Positions 16,639-26,040 of a stretch of 32,000 bases of DNA are shown here, one piece after another. The notes under the pieces were generated by a model. That model was not told the DNA's origin and did no database searches. It saw nothing but the letters and a program-made list of their open reading frames with translations. The DNA is from Cupriavidus necator (GTDB lineage: Bacteria > Pseudomonadota > Gammaproteobacteria > Burkholderiales > Burkholderiaceae). The DNA is taken from assembly GCF_016127575.1 (NCBI RefSeq), contig NZ_CP066019.1, positions 2,850,001 to 2,882,000 of the forward strand, read 5' to 3'. Each line of letters begins with the position of its first letter. Positions within the stretch are counted from its first letter, which is position 1. The position numbers and the translations under genes are program-made.

Positions 16639-17871
16639 CTAAACTGTGGCTTCGCATGCTTCGTCCAGCACGACAGCCAGACGCTGCGCCAGCTGCTGGA
16701 AGCTGTGGTTGCGTTCGACGTACTCCCGCCCGGCGCGCCCCATGCGCAGGCGGGCCTCGAGCGGCGCCGCGGCGATGTTGATGATGGCATCGGCCAGTGC
16801 CCGAGGCTGCTCCGCGCCGACCGTCAGTCCGGCCGCCGAATCGGCCACCGGATTGTTGGCGGCATTGGAGGCGATGACGACGGGGCGGGCCGCAGCCAAG
16901 TAGTCAAACAACTTGTTCATGCTGATCCCGTACCGGTACAGCCGCGGCAGGTCGCGCACGGCGATGACAAAGGCATCCGCCTCCATCGCCACGGCAGGGA
17001 TGCGGAATTTCGGCACCGGGGGCTCAAAGCTGACATTGCTCAAGCCGAGCTGCCGCGCCTGCTCAATCAGTGCAGCCTTCATGCGGCCATCCCCCACCAG
17101 GCGCAGCACGATGTGCCGTCCCTCCGGACTCGATTGCACCAGCTTCATCGCCTGCAGCAAGTTGTCCAGGCCGTTGGCCTGCCCGTGGGCGCCGAAATAC
17201 ATCAGCGTGAATCGCCCGGATGGTTCCCCAGTGCGCTCAGGCGTGGGCGGGAACAGCGAAAGGTCCACGCCATTGGGTATCCAGGTGATGCGCTCCCTCG
17301 GGATGCCGAGCGGCGTGATGTACTCCCACGCATGCGGCAACAGCACAACGATGCGAGCGGCACGTCGGTACAACCACGTCTCCAGCTTGCGCAATGCCCA
17401 GGTCAGGAAGTCCCCTTCACGCAGACGGCCCATGTCCACCAGTGTTTGCGGCCACAGGTCGCGCACCTCGAATACGAATGGCACCTTGAAGCGGCGCGCC
17501 AGCAGGGCGCCCGCCGCCGCGGCAAAGGGATGGACGCTGGAGCCGATCACCACGTCCGGGCGCGGCAGGCCGTGCGTGGTGCGCCGACGCAATACACGCC
17601 AACTGTAGGCCAGCATGTTGAGCATTCGGCCGGCGCCATCGCCTTCGTATATGGGCGTGCGTACCCAGAGGAAGGGCACATCGCGAATACTGTCCAGGCG
17701 CGACAACTCGCCCGCCTCCAGCCGCTTCTCGCCGCTGCCGATCGCGGTGGCCGCGATGACGGTCGCCTGCCAGCCAGACGAGCTCAGGTGCTTTGCGAGA
17801 TGGAAGTGTCTCGTGCCGCCTGTGCCGCCGGGCTCCTGGGCATAGTGATTGAGAATCCAGACATGCTTCAT
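16639..17871 (-). CDS. Glycosyltransferase family 4 (WbuB/WcaI-like GT-B)
   Basis: 410 aa from ATG 17871. MKHVWILNHYAQEPGGTGGTRHFHLAKHL N-terminus, FEVRDLWPQTLV block, and a C-terminal donor-binding region (SMNKLFDYLAAARPVVIASN). Confidence 0.85.
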   Translation of the reverse strand: MKHVWILNHYAQEPGGTGGTRHFHLAKHLSSSGWQATVIAATAIGSGEKRLEAGELSRLDSIRDVPFLWVRTPIYEGDGAGRMLNMLAYSWRVLRRRTTHGLPRPDVVIGSSVHPFAAAAGALLARRFKVPFVFEVRDLWPQTLVDMGRLREGDFLTWALRKLETWLYRRAARIVVLLPHAWEYITPLGIPRERITWIPNGVDLSLFPPTPERTGEPSGRFTLMYFGAHGQANGLDNLLQAMKLVQSSPEGRHIVLRLVGDGRMKAALIEQARQLGLSNVSFEPPVPKFRIPAVAMEADAFVIAVRDLPRLYRYGISMNKLFDYLAAARPVVIASNAANNPVADSAAGLTVGAEQPRALADAIINIAAAPLEARLRMGRAGREYVERNHSFQQLAQRLAVVLDEACEATV

Positions 17872-18081
17872 GGATGGACGGGATCGTTGGATGCTGGCGC
17901 GGATGTCATCGGCAGAGCTCGTCCAGTTGCCCTCCCGGTCTGGTAGGTCAGCAGAGCAATGCGGGCCCGCCAAGGACCTCCCCCCTCGCGACCACTTGTC
18001 GCCGCACAAGGACATGGTCACGGGCCGGAAACTGGAATACCTTGCCGTCGTCTGCGGCGTACTTGCCAATCCGGTCAAATA

Positions 18082-18096
18082 CATCTAATCAAAGTC
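18082..18096. repeat. 15-nt motif CATCTAATCAAAGTC, copy 1, in the divergent leader about 211 nt upstream of the GT4-wza-wzb-wzc operon start
   Basis: Exact identity with 23020-23034. AT-rich within a GC-rich background. Intergenic. Confidence 0.5.
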
Positions 18097-18381
18097 CGCA
18101 GCTAAAGGGAAGCGCATAGCGTGGCCCGGCCCACACTGCTCGACGGCGCACCGTAGCAAGCTCAAGACAGCTGGTCCACCAGGTCAACGTATTCGCTTTG
18201 CGTTCGGCGTCGCACCCAGCGCCATTGTTAGTGCACTGCGAAGTCCCGATAATTTTCTCGACTGGCCCAATCCTGTGAGTATCGGCCATTCGGCTTGCGT
18301 GGCGCCGATCCAGGACCGGCTCGTGGAACTGACAGCCATCATTCCCATCGGAGCATTGGCATATTCACACTGGAAATCTGA

Positions 18382-19734
18382 ATGAGGCATATGACCCCGG
18401 AAGCCCTTTCCTGGCTACAGCGGATTCTGGCCGAGCGATTCGGCCATGGCTTTCACCTGCAAGCTGCTGGCGCGGACTTTGTCCACCTGTGCCTTGCTGG
18501 TTCCGGCCAGAGGTCGATTGAGATTGCCGCAGATCCCGGCACCTTCCGGCGCGCCGACTCTGAGCTCGCCTTCACGAGCTGGGACGCGCTTGCCGAGGGT
18601 TGGCAGCCGGCCCTCGGCAGTCCCTTGCCAGCGCCAGGCCTCGCGCGCGCACCGTCACCGCTGATCGAGGCGACCACTACCGGCTATCGCATCCACTATG
18701 ACGTTCTCGGTCTAAGCTACTGGATGCTGTCGCGCCAGGAGGAGGTCGGCCGCTCCGACCTCGACAGCTACGGTCGTTTCCCGGCCAGCGCGTCGCATGC
18801 CGGGAAACATGGCTATCTGGAGCGGCCGGTGGTGGACGAATGGCTGCATATCCTTGGCCAGGTGATCAGCCGGCTATGGCCCGAACTGCAGCTCAGGCAG
18901 CAGCGGGCCAGCATGAAGGTGTCGCATGACGTGGATGTGCCCAGCCGCTATGGCTTTGCCTCTGCGGCGAGAATCATCCGCCGCATGGCGGGCGACATAC
19001 TGATACGCCGGGACGTGAAAAGCGTGCTGCAGGCTCCCGTGATACGGCTTAAGACCCGGACCGCGCTGCATCCGACGGATCGGGTCAATACCTTCGACTG
19101 GATCATGGATGTTTCCGAGCGCCATGGACTGGTCAGCGCTTTCTACTTCATCTGTGGCTGTACCGACCCCAGCAAGGATGCCGACTACGAGCCCGAGCAT
19201 CCCGCCATATGTGGACTGATGCAGCGCATCCATGCCCGCGGCCACGAAATCGGCCTGCATCCGAGCTTCAATACCTATCGCGCCCCCGAAAAGCTCCAGG
19301 CGGAAGCAAAGCGGCTGCGGCGGATATGCGAGCAGGAGAATATCGAACAGGAAGCATGGGGCGGCCGCATGCATTACCTGCGCTGGGAACACCCCACCAC
19401 CATGCTTGGTTGGGAGCAGGCAGGCATGACCTACGACAGCACGCTCACCTACGCCGACCACGCCGGATTCCGCTGCGGAACCTGCTTCGAGTATCCGGCC
19501 TTCGACCCGGTCGCGGGAACGGCGCTGAACCTGCGCATCCGTCCGCTGATTGCGATGGAAGGCAGCGTCATTGGTTATATGGGGCTTGGAACCGGCGAAG
19601 CAGCCTGGAAGAAGTTCCGGGAACTGAAGGATACCTGCAAGGCGGTGAACGGCTGTTTCACGATGCTCTGGCATAACTCATCGCTCGGCAGTGCCGAAGA
19701 ACGGGATCTGTACCAGGCGGTGCTTGAGCACTGA
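18382..19734 (+). CDS. Polysaccharide deacetylase-like (CE4-fold) protein with an ~170-aa N-terminal extension
   Basis: 450 aa. MKVSHDVDVPS resembles CE4 motif 1 (metal/catalytic Asp pair), and GHEIGLHPSFNTY resembles the GHEIG.H motif 2 region. No signal peptide. The only + strand gene between two - strand operons. Confidence 0.5.
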   Translation: MRHMTPEALSWLQRILAERFGHGFHLQAAGADFVHLCLAGSGQRSIEIAADPGTFRRADSELAFTSWDALAEGWQPALGSPLPAPGLARAPSPLIEATTTGYRIHYDVLGLSYWMLSRQEEVGRSDLDSYGRFPASASHAGKHGYLERPVVDEWLHILGQVISRLWPELQLRQQRASMKVSHDVDVPSRYGFASAARIIRRMAGDILIRRDVKSVLQAPVIRLKTRTALHPTDRVNTFDWIMDVSERHGLVSAFYFICGCTDPSKDADYEPEHPAICGLMQRIHARGHEIGLHPSFNTYRAPEKLQAEAKRLRRICEQENIEQEAWGGRMHYLRWEHPTTMLGWEQAGMTYDSTLTYADHAGFRCGTCFEYPAFDPVAGTALNLRIRPLIAMEGSVIGYMGLGTGEAAWKKFRELKDTCKAVNGCFTMLWHNSSLGSAEERDLYQAVLEH

Positions 19735-19821
19735 CCAGCCATCGCATTGGCAAGCAGCCGGTCCGCACCCGCCAGGGCCGCCCTCGCCCGCAGGCGAACA
19801 GCGCCGCGATGCTTTTGTCCT

Positions 19822-21351
19822 TCAGCGCGAGCCGCCACGGCGAACCAGCGTAGGCCAGAACATCAGCTCGGCAATCATACGCTTGCTAGGACCGTAGCGC
19901 CCCATAAAGCTCGGAAAATACGCCGCGACGAAGTCCCGGTCGTCCACGCTTGCCGACTGCGTCAGTTCGTACAAGCGCACACCCAGCGCATGCAGTCCGG
20001 GCCATGTCGCATAGCCACCGGTAGGGAATGACTCCGCCTGGCCATAGGGTGGGTAGCCCTCCGAGCAATTGCCGGTGCCATTGTCGTAGTTCACCCGATA
20101 CCAGCCATTGGCGCCGCTGAAGTAATTGGTGAACAGCGGGCGGTTCCAGTCCTGGTTCCACACGTGAAGACGCAGCTGGCGCGCAAAAGCGACCATGCTG
20201 TCGTGCGAGGGCAGGCTCGACGGGGAGATGCCGTATACCCGCACCATCTCTGCGCGATTGCGCTCGATGGCTTCAAAGAAATGCACCAGCCGGCGCGCAT
20301 GGCTGATGTCCCAGCCGAGGTTGGCAACCGGCGCGAAGCGCTCGGCAGGGATTTGCGTCTGCGCCACGAAAACATCGGGCCTGGCCGGATCGCGCTTGCA
20401 CACCACCGGCTTGTCGCGCCCGGTGTAGCCCGCGTACCGGTTGTCGTCATAGAGCCGCCAGAATCCCGCGTCGAGGTCAGCCACCATGGCGCTCTTGCCG
20501 GCCTTACCGTTCGCTCCGGGAGGCACCTGTACAGTGATACGCGCCGCAACCAGGCCCAGCAGCAAGTCCAGGTGCGCCTTCATGGTGGCAAAGCCGGCAT
20601 CATCCTGGTCCAGGGCAAGCCCAGGCCGCACGGCCAGCATGCCGGCCAGATCCGCGTAGATGGAGATCTGCCAAAGCTCCTTGTCGGTCAGGAACAGCTC
20701 GGACGAGCCATTCTTCACATCTTCCGGCCGGGCGGCGATCTGCTTGCGCAACGCACCCTGCGCCGCAGGGGTACTCCACCGCACCAGGTGCTCGCGCGCG
20801 ATGCGCGCGGTCTGCTCGACAAAATCGCCGGGAGCCTCGGGCCGCGCCCGGCTCAAGCTGTTGGCAAGGCTGGTCGCGAATGCCAGGAACTGCGTGCTGC
20901 TGAGCATCACCTCGGTGTTGCGGAGCCGGATGTTGTGGCTGCACTCAGGACCGCCACGGCATATCCATGCTCGCCCCGGCCGGTTGCCGGGCGCAGGCTC
21001 CAGCTTCGCGTACGTGCTGGAGACGAGTTCGGCCAGCTGGTACAGCCGGTCGATCCGCTGGCAACGTTGCGCCATGGCCAGCAAGTTGTGAAAGTAGATC
21101 TCGAAATGGTATAGCGCGTAAGTATCGCCTGCTGCCAGTCGTTGCGCGATCAGCTCCTCTCGCACGAAGGCGAGGCCGCCTTGGTTCCAGCGGCGCCAGA
21201 CGGCGTACTCGATCGGGCCGTCGCAGTTCAGCGCGTCGGGCATCAGGCCGCCGGATTGAGCCTGCGCTGCCGGCACAGTGCTGGCCAGCAGTACAACAAG
21301 GCCGCAGGCGCCCAGTAGCGCTGACGCAAGACGGCGGCGGACGAGCCTCAT
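19822..21351 (-). CDS. Secreted protein of unknown function (cleavable signal peptide); last gene of the wbp-wzx-wzy operon
   Basis: 509 aa. AAGGAG RBS. Signal peptide MRLVRRRLASALLGACGLVVLLASTVPAAQA. Codon usage is typical of the genuine genes here. I recognise no family motif. Confidence 0.7.
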   Translation of the reverse strand: MRLVRRRLASALLGACGLVVLLASTVPAAQAQSGGLMPDALNCDGPIEYAVWRRWNQGGLAFVREELIAQRLAAGDTYALYHFEIYFHNLLAMAQRCQRIDRLYQLAELVSSTYAKLEPAPGNRPGRAWICRGGPECSHNIRLRNTEVMLSSTQFLAFATSLANSLSRARPEAPGDFVEQTARIAREHLVRWSTPAAQGALRKQIAARPEDVKNGSSELFLTDKELWQISIYADLAGMLAVRPGLALDQDDAGFATMKAHLDLLLGLVAARITVQVPPGANGKAGKSAMVADLDAGFWRLYDDNRYAGYTGRDKPVVCKRDPARPDVFVAQTQIPAERFAPVANLGWDISHARRLVHFFEAIERNRAEMVRVYGISPSSLPSHDSMVAFARQLRLHVWNQDWNRPLFTNYFSGANGWYRVNYDNGTGNCSEGYPPYGQAESFPTGGYATWPGLHALGVRLYELTQSASVDDRDFVAAYFPSFMGRYGPSKRMIAELMFWPTLVRRGGSR

Positions 21352-21600
21352 GCCAGCATCTCCTTGTGAACGCGCGGCTGTTCAGCGCCGATCGTGGCGA
21401 CCAGCCACCACGCCTGACTGGAAAAAGGGCAGAGCATTCGATCGCGCAGGGCTCTCTATACTTCTGCTGGTTGCACACCCGAATCGGCGGCCGAGAAGTG
21501 TCGGCATACCTGATTTCCGTTGTCCGTCTCCAGACTAGCGGATCCATGGCAGGCGCAACATCGTGCGGATGGCGATCAGCCGTCGGAAGGACGATATCGT

Positions 21601-22854
21601 TCAGAGGGATGGAGAGCGGACTTTTGTCAGCTCTGCTTCGCGGCTGCGCACCCCTGCCTGTGTCAGGGATGGCGTGCTTGTGCGCCGGCGCTTGTCTAGT
21701 GCGCAAGCCGTCGCGCCCCACGCCAGGGCGAAGATCGGGTCGTTGACGGATTTGGCGGTGGCCGCCAACGTCACTGCATAGAGGCTGAAGGCCAGCGCCA
21801 GTGCAACCTGCGGATCCGATGCGCCGCCCTTTTTGGCCAGCCAGGCCGACTGTACCAAGGCACAGCCCAGCAGGAGTACAAAGCCAAGAAAGCCCGCGAG
21901 CCCGTAGCTGACCCAGGCCGAAAGTGCGTTGTGCGCATAGCTTCCCATTTCGCCGATCTCCATCTCGGAAGCATAGCTTCCAAGCAGCGGATGCTCCATG
22001 ATTATCCTGACGGCGTACTGCATCAGTTCGCTTCTTGCCTGATAGGAAGCCGATTCCTTGATCGCCAGAAGCTGCAGAATGCGCGAGTTGCCCTCGAGGA
22101 TCTGGAAACTGATGGCGAGATAGGCGATACCAGCAACGCCCAGCGGAAGCCAGATCAGCGTGGTCCGCGACGCGCCTTCCCGAACCACCATGAGCATTGC
22201 GGCCACCACGAGGAATGCCATAAACTCGGACCTTGCCCCTAACAGGAACAATAGGGGTACGGCAATCACTGTAATCAGTGCTGCTCGCAATCCCGCATTC
22301 ATCGCGAGCAGGACCAGGGCGACAACGGCGGCAGAACGGGCCAGCCCCTGATAGCCCGAGACCCGCACCGCATCACCAGCAAGCCTTTCGGTATCGTAGA
22401 ACTGGCCATTCGATTGCCATGCGGCGATCGCCAGGAAGTAGACCAGTGAAAGGGAAAGTATCCAGCGCAGCCACTTCCCGTCCAGATCGAGGCTCCGTAC
22501 TGCCGCGTAGACCACCAGCCAAAGGAACATCGCGCCGAGGTTATACAAATAGACGGCGGGGGATCCCTGCGCCCCCATGCCGAGCAGGAAATGCAGGCTT
22601 GACCATGCCACGGCAAACAGCAAATACAGCATGAAAGCTTGATCGATAAAAAGCGACCGTTCGCGCCCGACTATCATCGCGCCGGCGCCGAGTGCCAGCA
22701 GCGGGACACCGAGCACGACCGACATCGGGCCGAAGAAGCCGCCCAGCACCGGCGGAAAGAAACCGCCAGCAACCGCGGTGTGATAGTAGAAGTAACCCGG
22801 AAAGAGGGTGACGAAGACCACGCCGGCGCAGAATGAGAGGTACCTGCGCTTCAT
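21601..22854 (-). CDS. O-antigen polymerase/ligase-family (Wzy-like) integral membrane protein
   Basis: 417 aa from ATG 22854 (the track start 22887 is a TTG). About 10-12 TM helices with a larger loop in the C-terminal half. Low GC. Position next to wzx and GT genes. Confidence 0.7.
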   Translation of the reverse strand: MKRRYLSFCAGVVFVTLFPGYFYYHTAVAGGFFPPVLGGFFGPMSVVLGVPLLALGAGAMIVGRERSLFIDQAFMLYLLFAVAWSSLHFLLGMGAQGSPAVYLYNLGAMFLWLVVYAAVRSLDLDGKWLRWILSLSLVYFLAIAAWQSNGQFYDTERLAGDAVRVSGYQGLARSAAVVALVLLAMNAGLRAALITVIAVPLLFLLGARSEFMAFLVVAAMLMVVREGASRTTLIWLPLGVAGIAYLAISFQILEGNSRILQLLAIKESASYQARSELMQYAVRIIMEHPLLGSYASEMEIGEMGSYAHNALSAWVSYGLAGFLGFVLLLGCALVQSAWLAKKGGASDPQVALALAFSLYAVTLAATAKSVNDPIFALAWGATACALDKRRRTSTPSLTQAGVRSREAELTKVRSPSL

Positions 22855-23019
22855 GATTGCCTTGTTGCCTCCCGTGTTGGTCGTCAATTCGGACGGAATT
22901 CCCGATCGCTATTGCATCCGTCGCGGTTTATCAGCCAGTGGAAGTCGCTGGCGTACAAGCCGCGGACAGTGCCTTTCCGCATGCAAGGCCCGGCCACGGA
23001 TGTCTGCTGCCGTCCTATC

Positions 23020-23034
23020 CATCTAATCAAAGTC
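23020..23034. repeat. 15-nt motif CATCTAATCAAAGTC, copy 2, about 166 nt upstream of the Wzy-like gene start in a 379-bp gap
   Basis: Exact identity with 18082-18096, in the same orientation relative to the downstream minus-strand genes. Confidence 0.5.
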
Positions 23035-23233
23035 GCCGCTACTTTTGTAGCGCAGTGCGTGTCCAACCCAACACACAGCGGTATGGCAGCCCGGACTGGA
23101 AGGGTTTGCTTCTGGCGGAAAATCCGGTCCGCTCTGGCGAGCGCGGTTGCGCAGGCGGGCAAGCCCGCTGGCACACGCAGGACGCGCCGCCCGGAGTGCA
23201 CACAGATGGGCAACGACGCGTCGGCGACGGACT

Positions 23234-24346
23234 TCACGCCAGAAGCCGTTCATAGAATTGCAGGAGCTTGTCTTGCTCGATCGCCCAGTTGTATTTCCTG
23301 ACCACGTTGCGGCGGCCGTTCTCACCCATGCGGCGCGCCTCATGCGGGTGCGTCACCAGATAGTCGACGGCGTCGGCAATCGCCTTCGGATCCAGCGGGT
23401 CCACGCATATGCCGCTGTCGCTCTGCTCGACAATCTCACGCCAGAGCGGAAAGTTGGAGGCAATGGGCGGAATACCAGCTGCCATGTACTCGAACATCTT
23501 CACCGGCAACGCATCGAGAAAATTGATGATCGGGTGGAGCGTCACCAGGCCGGCCACTGACCGCTCCAGCACGGCCCGCACCCCGGCCCGGTCCAGGTAC
23601 CCGAGGTCGTTGACGCTGGACCAGCCGGTGGTCGCCCTGACCTCGGACTCCAGGGCCCGGTCGCCGAACCGTCCCGCCAGATTCAGTCGGGCCCCGGATC
23701 GCATCAGCTCCAGCGCCATGAGGGTCTCGCGGATACCGCGACTTGAGTTTATGCCGCCGAGATAGCACACTTCTGCACGCTTATCTTCCCAGCGCACGGG
23801 ACCGCCCAGTTCGTCGAGTATGGGGAAATTGTTGATGTCGACCGTGCATGGATTAATCGGCAGGAACTTGTCCCTGATATAGGGTGTGGCTGCCACGATG
23901 CCGTCGAATCTGCGACAGACCTGCCTCTCATACATGGAAAAGGCACCCGCAAGCGCTCGTAAGCGCGTCGGTCCCAGGTAGGGCTTGCTGAGCAATTGCT
24001 TGGGCACATCTTCATGCGAATCATAGATGACACGCTTGCCCATGCTCTTCAGCCTCAAGCCAATGGGAATCAGCTCCGGGTCGTGCAGGTGGTAGATATC
24101 AGCATTCAGCTTGATCGCCCGGCGCAGAACGCGCGCGGTGGTCCTGAAGACGCGGTTCACACGCCCCGGCAAGGTGCCAACATCGGTGATGAGCACCCCA
24201 TCGCGGCTTTCGTCCCCGTTGCCGTCGGCCACCACCAGCGAGACCCGATAGCCATTGGCCGCCAGGCTACGGCAATGCTTGAGAAAGATGCGATCATCGT
24301 AGCGTGGATGAACGGAGGTGAGGTGGGCTACGTTAGGACTCTGCAC
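23234..24346 (-). CDS. Glycosyltransferase family 4 (GT-B fold)
   Basis: 370 aa. VAHLTSVHPRYDDRIFLKHCRSLAANGYRVSLVV N-terminus typical of this GT4 subgroup. C-terminal PVKMFEYMAAGIPPIASN donor-binding block. Confidence 0.85.
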   Translation of the reverse strand: MQSPNVAHLTSVHPRYDDRIFLKHCRSLAANGYRVSLVVADGNGDESRDGVLITDVGTLPGRVNRVFRTTARVLRRAIKLNADIYHLHDPELIPIGLRLKSMGKRVIYDSHEDVPKQLLSKPYLGPTRLRALAGAFSMYERQVCRRFDGIVAATPYIRDKFLPINPCTVDINNFPILDELGGPVRWEDKRAEVCYLGGINSSRGIRETLMALELMRSGARLNLAGRFGDRALESEVRATTGWSSVNDLGYLDRAGVRAVLERSVAGLVTLHPIINFLDALPVKMFEYMAAGIPPIASNFPLWREIVEQSDSGICVDPLDPKAIADAVDYLVTHPHEARRMGENGRRNVVRKYNWAIEQDKLLQFYERLLA

Positions 24347-24555
24347 TTCTTCTGCTCCGTTTTTACTCCGTTAACATCGCCACGACACCCTCTGAAAAAA
24401 GGGCGGCCGTTTTGCTCGCGGGTCGAGGCTTGACGCCGGCCATCGCCTACCCGAGAACAAACGGGCATGCTTGCCTGAAGATGGGAGCGTCGTCGCACTC
24501 ACTTGCATCCAGATCGCGTTGCGGCAATTGCCTTATGTCCATCGTTGTCGCCCTT

Positions 24556-26040
24556 TCATGCCCGACCGGTGCCGGCGTGCGGCGCGCGCAAGGCACGCCG
24601 CAGCCAGAGTGCCGAGAGCGCCAGGAAGTAAATCGCGCAAGCAAGGGAGCGCCAGTCGGGCGCGCCGCTGTACAGCAGTAACGACGGCAGCGCCAAGGCG
24701 CAGAAGATGAGGATCCGCTTCGTATCGTGCGCCACCATTGCCCTGAGACCTACCCCTACTCGCGACATGAACAAGGCCAGCATCCAGAGATAGGCCAAGG
24801 CGCTTACCACCGAGAACGCGGCGATGCTTTGATCCGCCGGAACGCTGAATCCGTAACACGCCGCCAGCGTGGCCAGACGAACTGCGAAGGTGCTGAACTG
24901 CGCGGTCAGCTCCAGCTTCTGCAGTTCCATCACATCAGGCAGGCACGACAGCGGGGAAAACTGGAACTGAAAATAGATCCAGGGTGCCATCCAGCGCGCA
25001 TAGTGGCCGGCCATGCGCCACCGTTCACCGAACACGGTGCCGAACAGGTCCGGTCCGGCGCAGATGAGCAGCACCAGCGCCGGGACACCGGCGTTGGCCA
25101 GCTTCCGGCGCAGTTCCTCGGCCACCTCCGGCAGGCGGCCTGCCCGCCTGGCGGCCGGGGCCTGGGCGAAGAAGACGCTGCCGATAGCGGCGCCGATCAG
25201 CGTGATCGGCGCTGACACCATGCGCAGTGCAAAGGCAAAGTGGCCCACCACGGCAGCACCGAACAATGCGGAGAAGATCAACGGGACCAGGTGTAGGCCC
25301 GCCACATTGAATACGGCCGTCCAGGTGGAATACAGCGGAAAGTCCTTGTAGCGGCGAGCCAGGGCAATGATTCGGACCAGCCTGATATTGCGGCCCTGCC
25401 TGCGCCGGACTTCCCTTATCAGGAAGAACAGTCCGCCGGTGCCATTGCCGATCACCGTTCCGCCCATCAAGGCAAGGACGCCGAGTCCGTGGCCGCCCAA
25501 CTGAACCAGATTCCCGATCAAGGACCGCAGCAGCCTGGTCTGCGCCAGCTGGCCGAAGTACTGCATCCTGACCATCCATCTCTCAATCACAGTGTAGAGG
25601 CCGGCCGAAGCAACGCCGAAGGGAAGCAGCCAGAGAACGTTGGTGTCGATCGACCAATTCAGGGCCAGGATCAGCGCATCGCCGAACCACAGCACGCCGA
25701 GCCCGCATAGCGCGGTAGTCGACGCAACGCATAGCAGGCACAACACCACCAGGTTCTCGGCATCGCGATCGTTGGCGGGTAGCGCGATCGACAAGTCGTA
25801 GCGCAGGCAGGCAACAACGCCGAAGAATGCCAGCAGGGCCGTGAAGACCGCCGCGGCGCCGAAATCCTGCGGTGCATAAAGGCGCGTCAGAATCGGCGCT
25901 GCCGCAAGGGTGAGTATCTGCGCGGTGGCCTGCCCGCCGACCAGCAGGCCAACGCTCCTGCCCACGCGCGGCTTCGCCGCCGCGTTGGGCTCAGTGGCAA
26001 GCGTTTGTTTGTTCAAGGCAAAACTCGCTCCGGCTGGCAC
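24556..26040 (-). CDS. wzx: Wzx-type oligosaccharide-unit flippase (MOP/PST family)
   Basis: 494 aa with about 12-14 TM helices. N-terminal GGQATAQILTLAAAPILTRLYAPQDFG block typical of polysaccharide biosynthesis (PST) proteins. The start overlaps the wbpE-like stop by 28 nt. Confidence 0.85.
   Translation of the reverse strand: MPAGASFALNKQTLATEPNAAAKPRVGRSVGLLVGGQATAQILTLAAAPILTRLYAPQDFGAAAVFTALLAFFGVVACLRYDLSIALPANDRDAENLVVLCLLCVASTTALCGLGVLWFGDALILALNWSIDTNVLWLLPFGVASAGLYTVIERWMVRMQYFGQLAQTRLLRSLIGNLVQLGGHGLGVLALMGGTVIGNGTGGLFFLIREVRRRQGRNIRLVRIIALARRYKDFPLYSTWTAVFNVAGLHLVPLIFSALFGAAVVGHFAFALRMVSAPITLIGAAIGSVFFAQAPAARRAGRLPEVAEELRRKLANAGVPALVLLICAGPDLFGTVFGERWRMAGHYARWMAPWIYFQFQFSPLSCLPDVMELQKLELTAQFSTFAVRLATLAACYGFSVPADQSIAAFSVVSALAYLWMLALFMSRVGVGLRAMVAHDTKRILIFCALALPSLLLYSGAPDWRSLACAIYFLALSALWLRRALRAPHAGTGRA

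Noticed and set aside
22855-23233. Possible small gene or RNA in the 379-bp gap between GT4 and the Wzy-like gene (track ORFs 22857-23255 +, 22884-23237 -, 22912-23301 +). Also weak hairpins near 23110-23170.
   Set aside because: The ORF translations are Arg/Cys/Ala-rich with no RBS or motifs, and the hairpins are short and imperfect. The only reproducible feature is the 15-nt motif, which is reported separately.
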